NCBI GenBank assembly: GCA_950097015.1
Contig: CATNEN010000003.1
Location: forward strand, 6,882,001-6,946,000
Length of the DNA stretch: 64,000 nt
Source of the DNA: Macrostomum hystrix
Lineage: Eukaryota; Animalia; Platyhelminthes
Direction: 5' to 3'
In this document: piece by piece, positions 50,659 through 61,800 of the stretch
How the letters are laid out: every line of letters starts with the position of its first letter
Numbering within the stretch: the stretch's first letter is position 1
Translations under genes and position numbers: made by a program
The notes under the pieces: generated by a model
Told to the model about the DNA's origin: nothing
Databases searched by the model: none
The model's input: only the letters and a program-made list of their open reading frames with translations

Positions 50659-52971
50659 TCATTCCATTTCATTCCATTTCATTCCATTTCATTCCATTTC
50701 ATTCCATTTCATTCCATTTCATTCCATTTCATTCCATTTCATTCCATTTCATTCCATTTCATTCCATTTCATTCCATTTCATTCCATTTCATTCCATTTC
50801 ATTCCATTTCATTCCATTTCATTCCATTTCATTCCATTTCATTCCATTTCATTCCATTTCATTCCATTTCATTCCATTTCATTCCATTTCATTCCATTTC
50901 ATTCCATTTCATTCCATTTCATTCCATTTCATTCCATTTCATTCCATTTCATTCCATTTCATTCCATTTCATTCCATTTCATTCCATTTCATTCCATTTC
51001 ATTCCATTTCATTCCATTTCATTCCATTTCATTCCATTTCATTCCATTTCATTCCATTTCATTCCATTTCATTCCATTTCATTCCATTTCATTCCATTTC
51101 ATTCCATTTCATTCCATTTCATTCCATTTCATTCCATTTCATTCCATTTCATTCCATTTCATTCCATTTCATTCCATTTCATTCCATTTCATTCCATTTC
51201 ATTCCATTTCATTCCATTTCATTCCATTTCATTCCATTTCATTCCATTTCATTCCATTTCATTCCATTTCATTCCATTTCATTCCATTTCATTCCATTTC
51301 ATTCCATTTCATTCCATTTCATTCCATTTCATTCCATTTCATTCCATTTCATTCCATTTCATTCCATTTCATTCCATTTCATTCCATTTCATTCCATTTC
51401 ATTCCATTTCATTCCATTTCATTCCATTTCATTCCATTTCATTCCATTTCATTCCATTTCATTCCATTTCATTCCATTTCATTCCATTTCATTCCATTTC
51501 ATTCCATTTCATTCCATTTCATTCCATTTCATTCCATTTCATTCCATTTCATTCCATTTCATTCCATTTCATTCCATTTCATTCCATTTCATTCCATTTC
51601 ATTCCATTTCATTCCATTTCATTCCATTTCATTCCATTTCATTCCATTTCATTCCATTTCATTCCATTTCATTCCATTTCATTCCATTTCATTCCATTTC
51701 ATTCCATTTCATTCCATTTCATTCCATTTCATTCCATTTCATTCCATTTCATTCCATTTCATTCCATTTCATTCCATTTCATTCCATTTCATTCCATTTC
51801 ATTCCATTTCATTCCATTTCATTCCATTTCATTCCATTTCATTCCATTTCATTCCATTTCATTCCATTTCATTCCATTTCATTCCATTTCATTCCATTTC
51901 ATTCCATTTCATTCCATTTCATTCCATTTCATTCCATTTCATTCCATTTCATTCCATTTCATTCCATTTCATTCCATTTCATTCCATTTCATTCCATTTC
52001 ATTCCATTTCATTCCATTTCATTCCATTTCATTCCATTTCATTCCATTTCATTCCATTTCATTCCATTTCATTCCATTTCATTCCATTTCATTCCATTTC
52101 ATTCCATTTCATTCCATTTCATTCCATTTCATTCCATTTCATTCCATTTCATTCCATTTCATTCCATTTCATTCCATTTCATTCCATTTCATTCCATTTC
52201 ATTCCATTTCATTCCATTTCATTCCATTTCATTCCATTTCATTCCATTTCATTCCATTTCATTCCATTTCATTCCATTTCATTCCATTTCATTCCATTTC
52301 ATTCCATTTCATTCCATTTCATTCCATTTCATTCCATTTCATTCCATTTCATTCCATTTCATTCCATTTCATTCCATTTCATTCCATTTCATTCCATTTC
52401 ATTCCATTTCATTCCATTTCATTCCATTTCATTCCATTTCATTCCATTTCATTCCATTTCATTCCATTTCATTCCATTTCATTCCATATCATTCCATTTC
52501 ATTCCATTTCATTCCATTTCATTCCATTTCATTCCATTTCATTCCATTTCATTCCATTTCATTCCATTTCATTCCATTTCATTCCATTTCATTCCATTTC
52601 ATTCCATTTCATTCCATTTCATTCCATTTCATTCCATATCATTCCATTTCATTCCATTTCATTCCATTTCATTCCATTTCATTCCATTTCATTCCATTTC
52701 ATTCCATTTCATTCCATTTCATTCCATTTCATTCCATTTCATTCCATTTCATTCCATTTCATTCCATTTCATTCCATTTCATTCCATTTCATTCCATTTC
52801 ATTCCATTTCATTCCATTTCATTCCATTTCATTCCATTTCATTCCATTTCATTCCATTTCATTCCATTTCATTCCATTTCATTCCATTTCATTCCATTTC
52901 ATTCCATTTCATTCCATTTCATTCCATTTCATTCCATTTCATTCCATTTCATTCCATTTCATTCCATTTCA
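50659..52971. repeat. (ATTCCATTTC)n 10-bp satellite, ~230 units
   Basis: Essentially pure; only two variant units (ATTCCATATC at 52481 and 52631). Confidence 0.99.
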
Positions 52972-53272
52972 CTTGTGTCGCTAACCAATTTTAGAATCGC
53001 CGTCTAAGCTGCAATCACGCCTGTTCCACCTGCCTGATTCCTTTATTTCTCTTCCCCTAAAAATCCCAATTGAACACTAGTCCTCTCGCCCAACCCAATA
53101 ACAGCCGTCGGTTATTGGTCAGGGCAATCTCGGCTGTGTGGCAGGAAAAGACTAGAAAACGTTGATAACGCCCTCAGTTGTCGTCAGAGCAGCTCACTGA
53201 CTCAATCCAATCTCTTAGACATAGAAATAGATCAAATTTAGCCCTGTTTTTATTAAACAGGCCCCGGAAACA

Positions 53273-56200
53273 ATGGATGACAAAAACGACATGGCGGAAA
53301 CGCACCGACCGATTCGTCTGACCCTGCTTGCTCTCTACGCCATTGTTGGCTGTCTGGCTGTCCTTGCCAATCTAAGCCTTGGCTACGCGATCTGGTTCAA
53401 CCGTCGAGATCGTCAGCGGCCTCGGACTCAGGCCCTGCTGGCCAATCTGTGCCTATGCGATCTGGGCATCAGCGCCGTTGTATTGCCCGCCACAGCTCTG
53501 AGCTTCGCCGATCTACGCTGGCACCTTGGCTCGACAATGTGTCCCGTGCTGCAGTTTGCCAGCACGGCGGTGATGTTCGCCTCGGTGTTCACCCTGGTGT
53601 CGGCCAGCCTAGTTGAAGGATTCGGTCTGGGCGATCAGTTCTCTGCCGCAGCGGCTGCCATCGGCAGCGGCGGTGGCGGCGGGGGCGGCGGCGGAGGCGG
53701 GGGCAGCAGCCGCGGCTGCGGTCGCGATGTTGACCTACCCGACGGAGGCGCCAGAGGCTCCGGACAGAGCGGGCGGCGCTGTTGGACAATTTCGAAAGGG
53801 TTGGTTTGCACTTCTAAAATGTACTTTTATACCAAAGGTCAGAGCCTTGTAGCCTAGCAGAGGTTTTAGCCTAGTGGTTAGTGTCTGGGGGTTCGATTCT
53901 CGACTCCACTGGAACAATTTGTGTTCCTTAGCGAAAAACTGAATTCTGCATTGCTTCAGTGCACCCAGCTGTTAAATGGGTACCAGCATCAGCTGGGATA
54001 ATTCAGGGTGGGTGTGGCGTCCCCCCAGTCCATGGACTGAACAGCCGTACGCAGCCTTCAGATGTGCCGCATCTTCAGCTTCAGATCTGTCCCAATCAGC
54101 AATGTTACTTGTTCTTATCACCCAGGGGAAAAATCACCTGGTCATTTCACTGTTAAGGACTGGCACTTAATTGAGCAACAAGGACGATGATAGAGGAAAT
54201 ATTTTAAACCAGTTTTTCAGCTTTTAATGGAGGACGCTTTTCATCTAGGCCGACAGAGAAAGAGAAAACTCCACAGTCATTTTTGTAATTCACTTTATTG
54301 CTAAAACCAAATAAATAATTCTTTCGTTTTTAATCATTCGCCCACGTTTAGTTAAAATGAATTAAATCTTAATAATTCATCCTCAGACAGACCGTGGCCG
54401 GATTGAAATGGATCGCCTGTCTGTGGCTATTGGCTGCTCTGTTTGCCGCACCGAATGCTATCAACTACCGCACTGAGGCCTGCAACTCCAGGTGAGTAGG
54501 TCAATCACTGCTCAGGTGAGTTGGTGAATCACTGCTCAGGTGAGTTGGTGAATCACTGCTCAGGTGAGTTGGTGAATCACTGCTCAGGTGAGTTGGTGAA
54601 TCACTGCCCAGGTGAGTTGGTGAATCACTGCTCAGGTGAGTTGTTGAATCACTGCTCAGGTGAGTTGGTGAATCACTGCTCAGGTGAGTTGGTGAATCAC
54701 TGCTCAGGTGAGTTGGTGAATCACTGCTCAGCTAAGTTTATTTCTTTGAATTTAAGAAAGAATTAGGGTTAGGGTTAGGGTTAGGGCTAGTTTGACTCGT
54801 AAAATCTAAGGTAGAATAGTCTACAAGGGAGATTTCTATGAAGAAAAGACAAGTCAAAGACAAATGATTACAGGGCAATAAAAATGATTACTGGAGCTTG
54901 GGAACTTGTAGGAACGGAAAAAATGTAGAACTGTAAACTCTAGGGTTGTAATTACTTATGTTGGAAACTATTAGAGCATCAGACAACATTTTCTGGTCGG
55001 AATTTTTTTGACTGCATCGAATCATCGTTTCGTTACTCCTTTCTTATCTTTATGGTCAGCAACCTCATCTGTTATCATTCTCTCCTGTCATTCCTATGTT
55101 CTCACCTGTCATTCCATATGTTCTTACCTGTCATTCCTATGTTCTCACCTGTCATTCCTATGTTCTCACCTGTCATTCCATATGTTCTCACCTGTCATTC
55201 CTATGATCTCACCTGTCATTCCTATGTTCTCACCTGTCATTCCTATGTTCTCACCTGTCATTCCTATTGTTCTCACCTGTCATTCCTATGATCTCACCTG
55301 TCATTCCTATGTTCTCACCTGTCATTCCTATGTTCTCACTTGTCCTTCCCATGTTCTCTCCTGTCATTTTTATGTTCTGACCTGTAATTCCTATGTTCTC
55401 ACCTGTCAATCCTATGTTCTCACCTGTCATTATTTAGGTACTCTGTCTCTCTATATCTTCAGTCAACTGGCCAGCTAATATTGAACTCAAGCACGCATAA
55501 AGAATAAACAAAAATGATTAAAGCCGCCAATAGCCTTCAATGGCCCAAGCTCGGAGTCACTGAAGGGATGAGAAATTACTTGAGAATAGTTCAGGTGCTC
55601 CGGAAGATAGGCAAAAACGGAAGAGGAGAACACTTAGATTGCTTTGAAAGTGTCTCAAAAGCAAATTGAATTTAGATCAATTAGATCAATTTGGCACGAA
55701 ATCAAGAATACAGAATCCTACTTCCAAATGACCTTGACCAGTCCTTCCACGAAATCCGATGGCCAAATAACTTTGACCAACATTCTTACCTTACACATAC
55801 GATTTCCAAATGACCTTGACCAGCACTATTAAACATTAGATTTCTAAACGACCTTGACCACCCTCCCCAATTCCGATTTCCAGTGACCTTGAACACCCCT
55901 CCTCCACATCTTATTTCCAGGTGACCTTGTCCACCACTCCCGCATATCCGATTTCCTAGTGACCTTGACCACCTGTCATCCACAAAACATTCTATTGACC
56001 TTTGACAAACCACACGTCCGATTTCAAGCGACCTTGACCTTTAACCATCCGCACTTTTTTCTGTTAGCTACGTAGAAAGCGCTGAAACTCCAGTGACAAT
56101 TGCGCAGCAGCAGCAGCAGCGCTGCCGATTGTGCGCCGAAGGCTGGCACCGCAGCCTACGCCTTCTCGGCATCGAAGAGAGTCTCGAGAATGAATTCGTC

Positions 56201-56842
56201 GCGCGCGGCGGCTACGCCACCTTCACAGCCGTCTGCCTGCTGCTGCTGCCGACCATAGCCATTAGTGCCGCTCACTGCCGAATTTATCGTCGCCTGTCGG
56301 CCGCTGTCCATCGTCGTCGTGCCGAGCTTCGGCTTCAACAACTACGCGGCGACGCGCCGGCGTCGGGCAGTCGAACGGTTTCCGAGGCGGTGGCCTCCTC
56401 GCCGCGGATGCGTCGCGCTCGCTGCATCTATCGGGCCTCCGTTGTGATGGTGGCTGTGTTTGTCATCTTCTGGGGGCCGATGCACTTGTACAACTTGGTC
56501 GCTGACACAATGATGAGCCGCCTGATTGGGCCCAGCACCACCCTGCAGTTCTTCGTCGTTGCCAAGGATTTGTACCAGCTGTTCATGATTCTGGCGCTGT
56601 CCAATTCGGCCGCGAATCCATTCTTTCTAGTTGCCATGCACTCGGCTTATCGGCGGGCCCTGGTTCGAATTTTCTGCCCTGATCGGCTACAGACTGGTGG
56701 CAGGCCGAACAACAACGGCGTCGTCAACAGCGACTGCGAGGAGCAGCTGGACATCGAAGCTGGGGAGGAGTTTCTCCAGCACCCGACGGCTGAAGAGCCT
56801 CGGAACGGTCGGCGGGATGATTCTGATGCGGAACTGCTCTAG
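53273..56842 (+). CDS. Atypical class A (rhodopsin-like) GPCR, neuropeptide-receptor-like (~468 aa)
   Basis: Exons 53273-53799, 54387-54491 and 56068-56842 (two phase-2 GT-AG introns). TM1 LAN, TM2 LANLCLCD, ECL1 WHLGSTMC, TM3 ASVFTL, TM4 W...AAP, TM5 LLP, TM6 FVIFWGP, TM7 SNSAANPFF. Confidence 0.88.
53866..54100 (+). mobile_element. SINE family 1 copy in GPCR intron 1
   Basis: A box TAGCCTAGTGG, B box GGTTCGATTC with a deletion between the boxes, and a body matching 4359-4663. Confidence 0.87.
54489..54731 (+). repeat. 24-bp minisatellite (CAGGTGAGTTGGTGAATCACTGCT)n that begins at and reiterates the GPCR exon 2 donor
   Basis: CAGGTGAG at 54489 (authentic donor) and every 24 bp up to 54705. 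Confidence 0.95.
54763..54786 (+). repeat. Short interstitial telomeric repeat (TTAGGG)4
   Basis: Four perfect units in GPCR intron 2. Confidence 0.8.
55075..55432. repeat. 21-bp minisatellite (CTCACCTGTCATTCCTATGTT)n
   Basis: About 17 units, 12 with exact CTCACCTG. Confidence 0.94.
55720..56045. repeat. Degenerate ~40-bp repeat with core GATTTCCARTGACCTTGACC
   Basis: About 8 diverged units before the GPCR exon 3 acceptor. Confidence 0.7.
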
Positions 56843-58297
56843 AATTTGGGATCCGAGACCGAATGGAGAGATGGGAGACTGGGAAGTAGAGGCAAAAAGG
56901 TGGGATTTCGTAGGAACGGATGAGATTTAGAAAATATGGTGAGATTATGTAGTATATAGGTTGAGATTTCGTAGAAAAGGGGTGAGATTTTATAGGTATT
57001 GGGTGGGATTTTGCAGGACAAGGGTGAGATTTTGTAAAATGAGGGTAAGATTTTGTACTCGTAGATGGCTGTTAAATTTTGGTAGATGGTTGATTTTTTA
57101 GGATGTGGTGCGAAAGGGTGAGATTTTGTGGTCTAAGGGTGAGATTTTGTAGTTTAAGGGTGAGACCTTGCAGTAATATGGTATGAATTTGTTTGATATG
57201 TCGAGATTTAGTCAAATAGATTATTTTAGAATAGGTTGAGACTTCAACAAGTGGTGGAATTCAGTAATTTTTGTTGAATCTTAGATCTTTTCAATTATTG
57301 TTTGCAGTAGTAGAAACTTTAGTTTTTTTGTTATTTTACGATTTTTTCGTATTTGAAATTTGAGATTTAATAAAATACGAGTACAGCATTGAAGTTTGGT
57401 AGAATTGAAATGTTTTATTTCTGTGTCGTATTGACTACTTTCAACTTTAGTCTGTCTTGTTGAGAAAAAATGTGTGAGCTAATTTAGAATTTTATTACCG
57501 TTTTTTGTTTTCAATGGCATCGCATATAAGTATTTAACATTTTGGCTTAAACCAAAAATGTCAATTATTTAATTTATGTCTTGAATGAAATATACGTTGT
57601 GTTTTTGTCGTGAAATTTGTTTTCCTTTATATTTGAAAGTGTTAACAAAGTTATAACAAAAAATTTACTTCGCTTCGTTATTAAATGAAATGGTTTACTC
57701 GTTGCTTAAGCTATAAGTATCTGTAATACCCTGCAGAAAAAGCTGAACCGAAAGAAAAAGTACTCATGAAGCAAAAACTGGAAACTCAACTTTTTCGATT
57801 TCGTTTAATTATGAAAGTATATAGCAGTGGTGCTAGTTTCACAACTCAATTATTAAAATCAGTAAAAGCTGTATTCAGATAGCTTGATTCCGAAAGCTAG
57901 AAAAAGTCTCGATGAGACGAAAGACTCAATTAGGCAAATGACGTAGATTAGACATCAGTAATTTGCAAGGTTAAGTGACGCATTCTATGCACCTGACTTT
58001 GAACTGTGATTATTTAGGTCATGTGCCACAGTGTTCTAGAATGATTCTAGTTATAATCACTTGAAAATCTATTTTATTTTTTTGGTTTGCAGTATCTTAG
58101 ATTTTTGTGTCAAATATTGTTGATATCATTTATGAACATGCATATAACTTTAGGGAATTGAGATCAGTGCATTACGTACGTATAAGAAAAAGGACGGAAA
58201 TTCGGTCGAGAGGGGAACTAGTTGTCCGTTTACAATTAAATGCAATTCATTTTTTAACACGAAATTCGTTTTTAGTATTAACGTGGGCTGCGAATTT

Positions 58298-58582
58298 TCG
58301 TGGAGTGAGGTGGCGGACCTGGAGAGAGAACAGAAAGTTTGGGCTGAGGGGTGTGAATTGGCGTAGAGTAAGGTGGCGGGCCTGGAGAGAGAACAGAAAG
58401 TTTGGGCTGAGGGGTGTGAATTGGCGTAGAGTAAGGTGGCGGGCCTGCGGAGAGGACAGGCAGTTTGGGCTGAGGGGTGTGAATTAGCGTGGAGTGAGGT
58501 GGTGGGCTTGGGGAGAGGACAGAAGTTTCGGCCGAGGGATGTGAATTGGGCGTTGAGGTGGTGGGCCTGGAGATAGGACAGT
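58298..58582. repeat. 63-bp tandem repeat, ~4.5 units
   Basis: GGAGAGAGAACAGAAAGTTTGGGCTGAGGGGTGTGAATTGGCGTAGAGTAAGGTGGCGG recurs with period 63. Confidence 0.88.
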
Positions 58583-59023
58583 CAGTTTCGACTTTGAGTT
58601 CTGATGGATTGAGGTGGCGTGTTTTAGATAAGGCTACGCGTGATACAGCATACAAGAGGGAGATGCTTACTAGTCAATAGAAAAACATTTTACATGTAAA
58701 CCAGAAGCCAGAATTCGTAATTTAAGTATAACAAACTAGAATTGCAGTGTAAATTAGCAGTAAGCCATGCTCTTCGCCCGTACCTTTCAAATTTATAGTG
58801 CATTCAAAAAATGCTCAAACTTGCATTGAATGCGAAAGCAATCACGATCCTGGATAAAAAACGAAACAAAAGCGTAAAAAAATTACAACTGCTCGTTCAT
58901 CAGGTGGAGTAGCAATCGTTTGTACACATGTGCAATATGGAAAAACATTTAAATATCTTAATACTAAGGATAGTACGCTCTGTCGACTACGAGTATATAT
59001 GTTGCATACAAAAAAAACTCGCA

Positions 59024-59847
59024 TTATTGTGAGCGCTGCGCGTCAGCTGCCAGCTTGGAGTTTCTGGTGTGAGAATCGCCGTTCAACTGTCGCGCCCTTT
59101 CTGTTGAACGCTTTCTGCAATTTCAAGCATTTGAAACAAAGAGCTTGAAAAATATTATGATTTGCATCTTACTCACCTAGTCTGCTTTTTCGAAGTTGAT
59201 TGACCAGCTTTAGCAGACGGTGGGGGCGAAGGTGGCGGCGGAGGCGACGTCGCTGGCGCCTCCGGGTCCATGGACTTGATGCTCTCGTAGGTGTGTGATT
59301 GCACAGAGTCGGACAGCATCGCCCCAGCCTGAACTGACGAGGTGCTGGCTGCGAATACCTGGTCAGTCTCGTCCACCTCGTAGTGATTAACCTGGGCCGA
59401 AACCTGCATGGTTTTAGACGCTGTGGAATGTTCCAGCTCGTCAACAAACGTCTCCGGGAGGCTATCGATAAGCTGCGTGATGAACTTTATTCGCTCCGAC
59501 TCCGTCGACACCTGCGAGTCGAAACTTTCGGCGCGGAATGTGACAATTCGAACGCCGCGACTGCCACAGCTCTGACGCTGACGCATCGACCCGGTGGACT
59601 TGCGCCGAGCCCGATCCAACTGCATGCAGTGTCGGTACCTCGCCGCAAGCTCCTCGTCGTCGATCTGCATTCGCTCCTCGTAGCCATCGTCCAAGTCATG
59701 TTTGTCGTCTGATTGTTCCTTCTGTTGCTGCTTCTTGTGTTGTTGACCATGCCTCGCATCACCGTCTGCGGGAGCGCCGTCATTTTCTTCGTCGAAACTG
59801 TAGCTTCTTCTGCGGTCTCCGGCGCACATACCGAGACTATTGCCCAT
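59024..59847 (-). CDS. Uncharacterised, probably N-acylated protein (~253 aa) with weak similarity to the RNF11 N-terminal half; no RING
   Basis: Exons 59847-59177 (AG|gtgagt) and 59114-59024 (ttgcag|, phase 2, ends TAA). Starts MGNSLGMC; contains ITQLIDSLP and a Pro-rich stretch. Confidence 0.65.
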
Positions 59848-60584
59848 TGTGCGAGGCTGCTTTGAAAATCAGGGGCGCTAAAATTCTTTGTCCGGCTTAT
59901 AATGTCTTATTTATTTAGACAAAAATAATAAAACGCTTTCGCGCCCCTATCGCGGCTTGGGTCCAAAGTTAGAATTCTTCACAAAACGCGAACAGCAGAC
60001 GTCGAATATATTGAGATGCAAGTTATGTACACAATGCTATCTTCTTGTGTGCCCTGTCTCCTGCTGTTCTCTTTCAGCAGTTTATCTCTCTCTCACTCTC
60101 TCGCTCTCTAATGTCTACTTTTGTTGGTTTAATTTCGACGACGCTGAAAATGCACGAACTCGAGCGTGAGGAGAGAGAATGGCTCTGAGCCACTTGAGTA
60201 AGCTGCTTTTAATTTGAAGCCTGGCTGAGCTGAAAATTTTGAATACGGTATTAGGTGAGCCAACTCAGACACTTGGGGTGTGGGTCCAGGGTTTTCATAT
60301 AAATAGCGGGCTTTTAATTACCACATGCGCTTCTGTGAGCATAGCTGCATACTGCTCACGGTGCACTGGCCGACTATTTTCTAAGTTTCTATTTTTGTAT
60401 TTGTTGCTTCTTTTATGCAGAAATGCAAAATTTCTGTATCAATTTTAGATCTGCGTGCACACCAGTTTGTTATTGACATGCATATAGTAAGTCATGCGGG
60501 CCAGTTAATCAACAAAAGGGATTCCAAGCAAGTTGCTTGCACTACATTGACATCACTGAAGTTGATTTCCATTCGAGATAACCA

Positions 60585-61556
60585 ACTACCAAGGCCCCCC
60601 TGACAATTTTTTTGCTGCACCCGAACGGAACAATGCAAGCACACGAAACTCAAGAACACGGGCCAACTTTTTGTTGCGCATCTTCTGAAACAAGAAACAA
60701 GTCGCCAGCTCTTCACACCGTCGAGATATTCAATGTTTCTGGCCGAAGGTCCGATTTTTCCCATAAGAGCTAGTTTATTTCATACACCCCTATACACGAA
60801 TTTGCACTGCGCCTCAGTGCGGCCTTGCCAGGCCTTCAAAATTGATCAGCATGTCACCCGAATGTGCCTGCACCATCTCCGTCTTCGGTGGTCACCGACC
60901 TTTATCTAGACGGAGCAGCTGGACCTTAAACAAGTAATAGTTGAGTTTAGGCCAATATCGAGGCTTTTTTAGAGAAAGTAAAAAAATTAGCTTTAGGGAC
61001 TCCATTGCCAGCTAGAGGCACCCTGCTGACGGTGCTGACAGCGTCGGGGTGGTGACTGATTGGTTGACGGACTGGAGGAGCATGTAAAGTAGTTGAGTGT
61101 TGCCCAGTGTCGAGGCTTGATCAGCGAAAGTAGAGAAATTCGCTTTAGGGACTCCATAGTCGGCTGGTGCCACTTGTTGAAGGTCCAGCAGCTCCGTCTA
61201 GATAAAGGTCGATGACCGCCGAAGTCAGAGATGATGCAAGCACAGTCGGGTGACATGCTGATAAAGTTTGAAGGCCTGGCAAGGCCGCACTGAGGCGCAG
61301 TGCAAATTCGTGTATAGGGGTGAATGAAATAAACTAGCTCTTATGGGAAAAATCGGACCTTCGGCCAGAAACATTGAATATCTCGACGGTCTGTAGAGCT
61401 GGCGACTTGTTTCTTGTTTCTGAAGATGCGCAACAAAAAGTTGGCTCGTGTTCTTGAGTTTCGTGTGCTTGCATTGTTCCGTTCGGGTGCAGCAAAAAAT
61501 TGTCAGGGGGGCCCCCTTGGTATAAAAACGGGCGGCAAAATGGCTTGGTAGTCCTA
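60585..61556. mobile_element. Foldback element with ~350-bp inverted arms
   Basis: 60585-60936 is the reverse complement of ~61172-61522 with few mismatches around a ~235-bp spacer; homologous to 8739-9308. Confidence 0.92.
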
Positions 61557-61800
61557 CTGTTAAACAGAGAAAACGAGTTAAACAAAAAATTTCAATACAA
61601 AGGTCTTCGATCTTCGTGTACTTTAAGCTTAGTTTTAATTCCCGTCGAAGCTCGGTTAAGAATTGTTTAGTCTATGGTAACGAGGAAAGAGCTAGAAAGA
61701 GAAAGAGAAAGACTGCTTTTATCGATCTGAAATGAAAATTATTAAGGTAATAAAGTCTAAGCCAACTGCACAGTCGTAGAAGTGAAGCAGGAATCGAACC

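Noticed and set aside
45290-53007. RVTLIQ, DIEGLG and FHSISFHFIP ORFs up to 807 aa
   Set aside because: Minisatellite and satellite translations.
1-55432. CRISPR-like appearance of regularly spaced repeats
   Set aside because: No unique spacers, no cas genes, and the context is eukaryotic.
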